From NCBI GenBank assembly GCA_036229005.1, contig JAZAMN010000052.1, positions 352,001-416,000 on the forward strand: a stretch of DNA of 64,000 bases, read 5' to 3'. The position numbers and the translations under genes were made by a program. Within the stretch, counting starts at the first letter, position 1. Each line of letters begins with the position of its first letter. Source of the DNA: Myxococcota bacterium. Lineage in GTDB: Bacteria > Myxococcota_A > UBA796 > CAJQPC01. The notes beneath the pieces are model-generated. The model saw nothing but the letters and a program-made list of their open reading frames with translations. It ran no database searches and was not told the DNA's origin. This document shows, piece after piece, positions 57,560 through 64,000 of the stretch.

Positions 57560-58569
57560 TGCGATGAAGGCTCCCGGGAGTTGCCAGAAGCCCGATCATA
57601 GGCGCGAATGATGTCGCTGACCAGCCTGTGGCGCACCACATCCTTGGAGGAGAACTCGACGCTGGTGATCCCCTGCACGTTGGTGAGGATGCGCGTGGCC
57701 TGCTCCAGCCCCGACTTCTCCCGCGGCGGGAGGTCGATCTGGGAGAGGTCGCCGGTGATCACGGCCTTGCTGCCCACCCCCAGGCGCGTGAGCAGCATCT
57801 TCATCTGCATCTGCGTGGTGTTCTGGGCCTCGTCCAGGATGACGAAGGCCTGGGACAGGGTGCGCCCGCGCATGAACGCCAGGGGCGCGACCTCGATGGT
57901 GCCGCGCTCCTGGAGGCGCACGGTCTTGTCCTGCCCGAGCAGCTCATTGAGGGCGTCGTAGAGCGGCCGCAGGTAGGGGTTGACCTTCTCCTCCAGATCG
58001 CCAGGGAGGAAGCCCAGCTTCTCGCCGGCCTCCACCGCGGGGCGGCACAGGATGATGCGCTTGACCTGGTTGGAGGCGAGCGCCGCCACAGCCATGGTCA
58101 CCGCCAGGTAGGTCTTGCCGGTGCCCGCGGGCCCCAGGCCGAACACCACGTCGTTCTCACGGATGGCTTCGACATAGCGCTTCTGCATCAGCGAGCGCGG
58201 GAAGATGGGCTTGCGGCTGCGCGCGACGTAGACCACGTCGTTGAACACCTCGTCCAGGCGCACCTCGGGGTCGGTGCGGGACAGGCGCGTGGCGTGCTCC
58301 ACCAGCGAAGTGGTGATGGTCGTGCCGCCGAGGGCCAGCTCATAGAGCTGCGTGACCAGGTCCGCGGCCAGGTCCGTGGAGGCATCGAGCCCGGAGACGG
58401 TGACCTGGGTGCCCCGCTGGGACACGCGGACCCCCAGCTCCCGGGCGATCAGGTTCAGGTTTGCACCGAACTCACCGCTGACCTCGCGGAGGGCGTGGGC
58501 GTCGTCGAAGCGCAGGTCATGGGAGTGGATGTCGCGGGCCACGGTGGCCTCCGGTTGGGACGCGCCCAT
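57556..58569 (-). CDS. phoH: PhoH family ATPase
   Basis: [45 protein letters not shown]. Confidence 0.96.
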   Translation of the reverse strand: MGASQPEATVARDIHSHDLRFDDAHALREVSGEFGANLNLIARELGVRVSQRGTQVTVSGLDASTDLAADLVTQLYELALGGTTITTSLVEHATRLSRTDPEVRLDEVFNDVVYVARSRKPIFPRSLMQKRYVEAIRENDVVFGLGPAGTGKTYLAVTMAVAALASNQVKRIILCRPAVEAGEKLGFLPGDLEEKVNPYLRPLYDALNELLGQDKTVRLQERGTIEVAPLAFMRGRTLSQAFVILDEAQNTTQMQMKMLLTRLGVGSKAVITGDLSQIDLPPREKSGLEQATRILTNVQGITSVEFSSKDVVRHRLVSDIIRAYDRASGNSREPSSH

Positions 58570-58641
58570 TTATGCACCGGCGGCGGGGTGTCCAGCCACC
58601 GGATCTGCGGTAGCTTCCGCTCCCAACACCAGGAGCTGCTC

Positions 58642-59745
58642 ATGATTGTGGGTGTCCCCACCGAGATCAAGCCTCAAGAGAACCGCGTCGGGCTCATCCC
58701 CGCGGGCGTCAAGGCCCTCACGCGCGCCGGTCACACGGTGCTCGTCCAGCAGGGCGCTGGCGAAGGTTCCGGGCTTCCCGACGATGAATACATCCGCGTG
58801 GGCGCCGAGATCGTCTCCTCTGCCGAGGAGGTGTACGGCCGCGCGGACATGATCTGGAAGGTCAAGGAGCCCATCGCGCCTGAGTTTCCCCTGCTGCGGG
58901 AGAACCAGATCCTCTACACCTACCTGCACCTCGCCCCGGATCCCAAGCAGACGGCGGCGCTGCTGGAGGCCGGTGTGGTGGGGATTGCGTACGAGACCGT
59001 CGAGCTCCCCGACCGCTCCCTCCCCCTGCTGACCCCGATGTCCGAAGTCGCAGGTCGCCTGAGCGTGCAGGCCGGTGCCCACTGTCTGACCCGTCACGCG
59101 GGCGGCAGCGGCGTCCTCCTGGGCGGCGTCCCCGGCGTCGAGCCCGGGCGGGTCTGTGTGGTCGGCGGCGGCATCGTCGGCCTGAACGCCGTGAAGATGG
59201 CCGTCGGCCTGGGCGCCGAGGTCACCATCCTGGACATCAACCTCCCCCGCCTGCGCTGGTTCGACAACCAGTTCAACGGGCGCGTGAAGACCCTCTACTC
59301 CAACCCCTACAACCTGGAGCGCATGCTGGGTCAGTCCGACCTGGTGATCGGCGCGGTGCTGCTCGCTGGCGCGAAGGCCCCCAACCTCATCACCCGCCCG
59401 ATGCTGGGCCTGATGAAGCCGGGCTCGGCCATCGTCGATGTGGCTGTGGACCAGGGCGGCTGCGTGGAGACCACCCGGCCCACCACCCACGCCGACCCCA
59501 CCTACATCGTCGACGGGATCGTGCACTACGCCGTGGCCAACATGCCCGGCGCCGTGGCGCGCACCAGCACCTTCGCGCTCAACAACGCCACCATCCCCTA
59601 CGGCCTGCAGATCGCCAACCGGGGCTGGAAGGAGGCCTGCAGCGCGGACCCCAACCTGGCGCTCGGCCTGAACGTGGCGCACGGAAAAGTCACCTACCCC
59701 GCCGTCGCCGAGGCCCTGGGCTACAAGCACGAGCCCGTCCTCTGA
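58642..59745 (+). CDS. ald: Alanine dehydrogenase
   Basis: [46 protein letters not shown]. Confidence 0.97.
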   Translation: MIVGVPTEIKPQENRVGLIPAGVKALTRAGHTVLVQQGAGEGSGLPDDEYIRVGAEIVSSAEEVYGRADMIWKVKEPIAPEFPLLRENQILYTYLHLAPDPKQTAALLEAGVVGIAYETVELPDRSLPLLTPMSEVAGRLSVQAGAHCLTRHAGGSGVLLGGVPGVEPGRVCVVGGGIVGLNAVKMAVGLGAEVTILDINLPRLRWFDNQFNGRVKTLYSNPYNLERMLGQSDLVIGAVLLAGAKAPNLITRPMLGLMKPGSAIVDVAVDQGGCVETTRPTTHADPTYIVDGIVHYAVANMPGAVARTSTFALNNATIPYGLQIANRGWKEACSADPNLALGLNVAHGKVTYPAVAEALGYKHEPVL

Positions 59746-59768
59746 ACTGAGCCGTTCCAAGGAACACT

Positions 59769-59799
59769 GAGGCCCGTCCGTACACTCCGGGCGGGCCTC
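59769..59799. terminator. Hairpin terminator after ald
   Basis: GAGGCCCGTCCG-TACACTC-CGGGCGGGCCTC between convergent genes. Confidence 0.7.
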
Positions 59800-59823
59800 T
59801 CGCGTTCTGGGCCGTTCAGTCTG

Positions 59824-61074
59824 TCAGCCGTTCAGCTTGTTCTGGATGGTCTTCTTGGCGGTTCGGCGGACCACGCTGGGCACGTTCTTGTTGCGGGCCA
59901 GCGAGGACAGGTCTGCGCGCTGCAGGTGGCTGACCAGCCCGACGGCCACGGAGACCGGGCACTTGGGGTTGTTCACCAGCCCCAGCTTGACCTTGTACTG
60001 GCGCAGGAACTCCTTGTTCATGGCCAGCTCGCGCAGCACGTCCATGTGCATGTTCTTGTTGGCGGCCACCGCGGCGGCCTCGGAGTCGGTCATGCGCCCA
60101 CTCTTGACCACGGCCACGGCCACCTGCTTGTTCTTGTCCCGCAGCAGGATCTTCCGCGCCTCCGCGTTGCCGAGGAAGGCCAGCTTGATGCGCGCCCCCG
60201 TCTTCATGCCCGCGATCTTCTGGGCCAGGGACTGCTTCTCGTCGGGGGCCAGGTCCTCGTCGGTGATCAGCGAGGCGTGGAAGTTGTCGGCGTCGTCGTC
60301 AAAGGAGAAGCGGAAGCTGTCATCGAGCGCGGCCGACCCGGCCTTCCTGGCCACCTGGATGGTGAGCCGCGCGGCCACCTGGGGGTTGCTGTAGGGGCTG
60401 GGGAGGCCCATCAGCGCCGCGGTGACCTCGGCTTCGATGGAGAGCTCCGTGAGGTCTGCGACGGAGACGGTCTGAAGAGGTGGGGTCGCGGTGCTCGCGG
60501 ATCCAGCCCCCACCTCCTCTGCCTCTGCCTTCTCCTGGACCGGTGCAGCATCAGGCTCCTCGGGGAGGGACTTCTGCATGCGCAGGAAGCTGTAGACGCG
60601 CTCCAGGGACGAGGCCGTGACCTCTGGGTTGTCCTTGAGGGCGAGGTAGACCTCGGGGGTCATCAGCAGGCGGGACTGGTTTCGGCAGATGACCTCGACC
60701 AGCTCGCCGCGGGCGGCCCGCGCGATCTGACACGCCGTGCGGTCGTTGGTGTTGGCCAGGCCGAACACCCGCTCCATGAACTCCTGGTCGTCGAGGCGGG
60801 CGTCAGTGAGGACCTCGAGGATCTTGGGGTGCGTGCGCGGGGAGATGGCCCGAAGCACGATCTCCTTGTCCATCTCCTTGAGGGTGCGGTCTGCCGCCCG
60901 TCGGATGGCCTTCTCCCGGGAGCCCAGCAGCACGTAGACGCAGGCCACGAGCACATCGGGCGGGAGCGGCAGCAGGCCCTTGGCGATGGCGAGGCGGGCC
61001 TTGGCGGGGGCGTCCGGGAGCACCTTCTCGCGGTGCTCGACCGGGATGCCTAGGCGATCGAAGGGGATCTTCAT
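59824..61074 (-). CDS. Conserved alpha-helical (HEAT/LRV-like) hypothetical protein
   Basis: KLAFLGNAEARKILLRDKNK..VKLGLVNNPKCP..LARNKNVP; coupled to coaX. Confidence 0.8.
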   Translation of the reverse strand: MKIPFDRLGIPVEHREKVLPDAPAKARLAIAKGLLPLPPDVLVACVYVLLGSREKAIRRAADRTLKEMDKEIVLRAISPRTHPKILEVLTDARLDDQEFMERVFGLANTNDRTACQIARAARGELVEVICRNQSRLLMTPEVYLALKDNPEVTASSLERVYSFLRMQKSLPEEPDAAPVQEKAEAEEVGAGSASTATPPLQTVSVADLTELSIEAEVTAALMGLPSPYSNPQVAARLTIQVARKAGSAALDDSFRFSFDDDADNFHASLITDEDLAPDEKQSLAQKIAGMKTGARIKLAFLGNAEARKILLRDKNKQVAVAVVKSGRMTDSEAAAVAANKNMHMDVLRELAMNKEFLRQYKVKLGLVNNPKCPVSVAVGLVSHLQRADLSSLARNKNVPSVVRRTAKKTIQNKLNG

Positions 61075-61835
61075 CGCTTGTTGCGCTCGTAGAGCAGGCG
61101 CAGGCCCTGGAGGGTGAGGTTCGGGCTGATGTGCTCGACCGAGGTGCAGGCCCGGCCGACCAGGTTGCTGAGGCCGCCGGTGGCAACGCAGGTGACCTGT
61201 CCGCCGAGCTCCTGGGAGCAGCGCTCGACCAGCCCGTCAACGAGGCCGACGTAGCCCCAGAAGACCCCCGACTGCATCGCGGAGATGGTGTTGGTCCCGA
61301 TGGCGTTCTGGGGCTTTCGGATGCTGATGTGCGGCAGCTTGGAGGTCTTCTGGAACAGGGCCTCGACCGAGATCTGCAGGCCGGGCGCGATGGCGCCGCC
61401 CACGTAGTCCCCGTCCGTGTTCACGCAGTCGAAGGTGGTCGCCGTCCCGAAGTCGACGACCACGAGCGGGGCCGGCCACTTGTCCAGAGCGGCCACGCAG
61501 TTCACGATGCGGTCGCTCCCGACCTCGCGGGGGTTGTCGGTGCGCACCCGCATGCCGGTCTTGAGGCCCTTGCCGACGACCAGAGGCTGGAGGTCGAGGT
61601 AGCGGTGGCTGGCCTTCTCCAGGGCGTAGAGCACCTCGGGCACCACGCAGGAGATGATGACCCCTCGGACCTCGCTCTTGTCGTGCCCCTTGAGGGCGAG
61701 GAGCTGGACGAGCTGGAGGCCGACCTCGTCTGTGGTGGAGAAGGCGCTGGAGACGCGCCAGGTGGTGCGGACCCTCTCGCCGTCGAGGAGAGCGAGGACC
61801 GTGTTCGTGTTGCCGACGTCGATGACCAGGAGCAT
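61071..61835 (-). CDS. coaX: Type III pantothenate kinase
   Basis: IDVGNTN, VGSDR, VDFGTATT, GGAIAPG, ATGG. Confidence 0.96.
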   Translation of the reverse strand: MLLVIDVGNTNTVLALLDGERVRTTWRVSSAFSTTDEVGLQLVQLLALKGHDKSEVRGVIISCVVPEVLYALEKASHRYLDLQPLVVGKGLKTGMRVRTDNPREVGSDRIVNCVAALDKWPAPLVVVDFGTATTFDCVNTDGDYVGGAIAPGLQISVEALFQKTSKLPHISIRKPQNAIGTNTISAMQSGVFWGYVGLVDGLVERCSQELGGQVTCVATGGLSNLVGRACTSVEHISPNLTLQGLRLLYERNKR

Positions 61836-61870
61836 GGCGCAAGCCTAACAAAGACGCCCGCGGCGCGGTC

Positions 61871-64000
61871 TCAGGCGCCCTGATCCAGGCGATGGACGGA
61901 CAGAACGCCCTTGATCTTGTTCAGGTTGCGGATGAGCTTCCGGAGCTCGTCGACGTTGTGGACGCCGATCTCCAGGTCGCACTCGGCCTTCTCGTCCCCG
62001 ACAGCGCGCATGGTGAGCGCGGTGATGTTCACCCCGGAGTCGGTGCAGGTCTTGGTGATCTTGGCCGCCATGCCAGGGGTGTCCCGGCAGACGACCCGGA
62101 TTCCGCCGGTGTGCTGCCCCTTGAACTGACCATCCCACTCCACCGGCATGCGCCGGGTGGGGTCCAGAGCCAGGAGCTGGGCGCAGTCCCGCCGGTGCAC
62201 CGAGATGCCCCGCCCCCGGGTGATGAAGCCGGCGACCTCGTCACCGGGGATGGGGTTGCAGCAGCGCGCGAAGGAGACGAGCACGTCGTCCTGACCGGAG
62301 ATGAGCACCGGCGAGACGCTGCGCTCGCGGATCTTGGAGATCAGCTTGTCCAGGGCGGACTCGCTCTTCTCCTCGTCCTGGTCCGCCCAATCCTTGTCCG
62401 GGAGCAGCTCCCGCACCAGCACGCTGGGCTGGGCGTGGCCGTGTGCGAGCTGCAGCAGCAGGTTGTCGGAGTTCTGGACCTTGCGCTCCTTGAGCACCTT
62501 CTTGAGCTGGCCGTTCTTGACGACCGCGGCCAGGCTGGAGCCGTTCCGCTTGAGCTCGTTCTCCAGGATGGTGGTTCCCATCCGGATGCCCGTCTGGCGC
62601 TCCTCTTCGCGCAGGAAGCGCCGGATCTTGGAGATGGCCCGGCTGGTGCGGACGAACTCCAGCCAGTCTCGCCGGGGGTGCTGGTCCTTGCGGGTGAGCA
62701 CCTCCATGTGGTCCCCAGAGCGCATCTCGTAGCGCAGCGGGACCATGCGCCCGTCCGCGCGCGCGCCCACGCAGCTATTCCCGACGTCGGTGTGGATGGA
62801 GTACGCAAAGTCCAGCGCGGTCGCGCCCTTGGGGAACTCGCGGATGTCCCCCTTGGGGGTGAAGACGAACACCTCGTTGTGGAAGAGGTCGATCTTCACG
62901 GCCTCCATGAACTCGTCGGGGTCTTCGACCTCTCGCGCCGTCTCGAAGACCTCGCGCAGCGAGTGGATGGAGGCGACCTCTTCGCGGGTGAGGGCCAGGT
63001 GGCCTTCCTTGTACTGCCAGTGCGCCGCGACCCCCCGCTCGCTCACCTGGTGCATGGCGTAGGTGCGGATCTGGACCTCTACCCGCTTGCCCTCGGGGCC
63101 CATCACCGTGGTGTGCAGGCTGCGGTACCCATTGGACTTGGGCATCGCGATGTAGTCCTTGATGCGGTCCGGCACCGGCGCGTAGAGCGAGTGGACGTAG
63201 CCCAAGGCCGCGTAGCAGCTCGGCATGTCATCGACGAGCACCCGAAAAGCCAGCAGATCGTGGACCTCGCTCACCCCCGCGCCGCTGTTCCCGACCTTGC
63301 GCCAGATGGACGCCAGGTGCTTGGCCCGGCCCTTGACCGAGCAGGCCAGCCCGCGGTCGATGAGCTGCTGGGAGATGCTCTTGGAGGTGCGCTCGATGTA
63401 GGCGTCCCGCTCGTCCCGGGTGGCCTCCAGGGCCTGCGCGATCTCCTGGTAGGCCTCGGGCTGGAGGTTCTGCAGGCAGAGGTCCTCCAGCTCCATGCGC
63501 CAGCGGGTCAGGCCCAGGCGGTTGGCCAGGGGCGCATAGATGTCCGAGGTCTCCTGGGCGATGCGCTGCTTCTTGTGGTCGGGCATCGAGCCCAGCGTGC
63601 GCATGTTGTGGAGCCGGTCGGCCAGCTTGACCAGGATGACCCGGATGTCCGCGGTCATGGCCAGCATCATCTTGCGGAAGTTCTCCGCCGCGGCCTCCTG
63701 CTTGGACCGGAACTCCAGCTTGCCGATCTTGGTGACCCCGTCGACCAGCTCGCCGATGATGGGCGAGAAGGCCTCCTCCAGCTCATGGCGCGTGACCATG
63801 GTGTCTTCGATCACGTCGTGCAGCAGCGCGGTGGCGATCGTGTCCACGTCCATCTGCTGCTCGACCAGGATGAAGGCCACGGCGAGCGGGTGCGTGAAGT
63901 AGGCCTCACCGGACTTGCGGTGCTGCTTGCGGTGTGCGTTCGCTGCGTAGAAGTACGCCCGCATGACGACGTCGAGGTCGGCGTCCGGCGCGTATTCCGA
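61871..64000 (-). CDS. rel: Bifunctional (p)ppGpp synthetase/hydrolase RelA/SpoT (5' end beyond the window)
   Basis: RKSGEAY..HP, LLHDVIED, KLADRLHNMRTL, NGYRSLHT, TGS and ACT domains; frame is open to 64000. Confidence 0.97.
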   Translation of the reverse strand, partial: SEYAPDADLDVVMRAYFYAANAHRKQHRKSGEAYFTHPLAVAFILVEQQMDVDTIATALLHDVIEDTMVTRHELEEAFSPIIGELVDGVTKIGKLEFRSKQEAAAENFRKMMLAMTADIRVILVKLADRLHNMRTLGSMPDHKKQRIAQETSDIYAPLANRLGLTRWRMELEDLCLQNLQPEAYQEIAQALEATRDERDAYIERTSKSISQQLIDRGLACSVKGRAKHLASIWRKVGNSGAGVSEVHDLLAFRVLVDDMPSCYAALGYVHSLYAPVPDRIKDYIAMPKSNGYRSLHTTVMGPEGKRVEVQIRTYAMHQVSERGVAAHWQYKEGHLALTREEVASIHSLREVFETAREVEDPDEFMEAVKIDLFHNEVFVFTPKGDIREFPKGATALDFAYSIHTDVGNSCVGARADGRMVPLRYEMRSGDHMEVLTRKDQHPRRDWLEFVRTSRAISKIRRFLREEERQTGIRMGTTILENELKRNGSSLAAVVKNGQLKKVLKERKVQNSDNLLLQLAHGHAQPSVLVRELLPDKDWADQDEEKSESALDKLISKIRERSVSPVLISGQDDVLVSFARCCNPIPGDEVAGFITRGRGISVHRRDCAQLLALDPTRRMPVEWDGQFKGQHTGGIRVVCRDTPGMAAKITKTCTDSGVNITALTMRAVGDEKAECDLEIGVHNVDELRKLIRNLNKIKGVLSVHRLDQGA

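Overview
High-GC, gene-dense bacterial chromosome segment. It is most consistent with a Myxococcota/deltaproteobacterial genome (zinc-ribbon+PEGA protein, DCDD...DGxDxDC repeat proteins, TIGR03960-type radical SAM fusion); this assignment is inferred. An AT-rich intergenic patch at 12694-12721 is a near-canonical XerC/XerD dif site, so the window probably spans the replication terminus. The left half (1-28.5 kb) is a mosaic of lipoproteins, hydrolases, tRNA-modification genes (trmK-like, miaE), a carbamoyltransferase, a sirtuin, a GT-C/TMTC-like protein, an EAD1-like protein, a tandem aspartic protease and a secreted nuclease. The right half is mostly minus-strand housekeeping: rel, coaX, ald (+), phoH, 7TM-HD, ybeY, prfB (programmed +1 frameshift), lysS, lolE/lolD, bamA, then a tightly coupled lipid A operon (skp, lpxD, fabZ, unknown propeller, lpxA, gnnA-like, lpxB, ArnT-like, msbA, ATL, waaA-lpxK fusion, lpxL-like, Trm112, GT4). 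That operon ends in an unusual Arg-rich tail/half-KptA/Nudix fusion. A Ca2+ exchanger plus a Ca-binding integrin-like lipoprotein are inserted between bamA and skp. I found no rRNA, tRNA, CRISPR array or transposase. All calls come from motif recognition by eye; no database searches were run.
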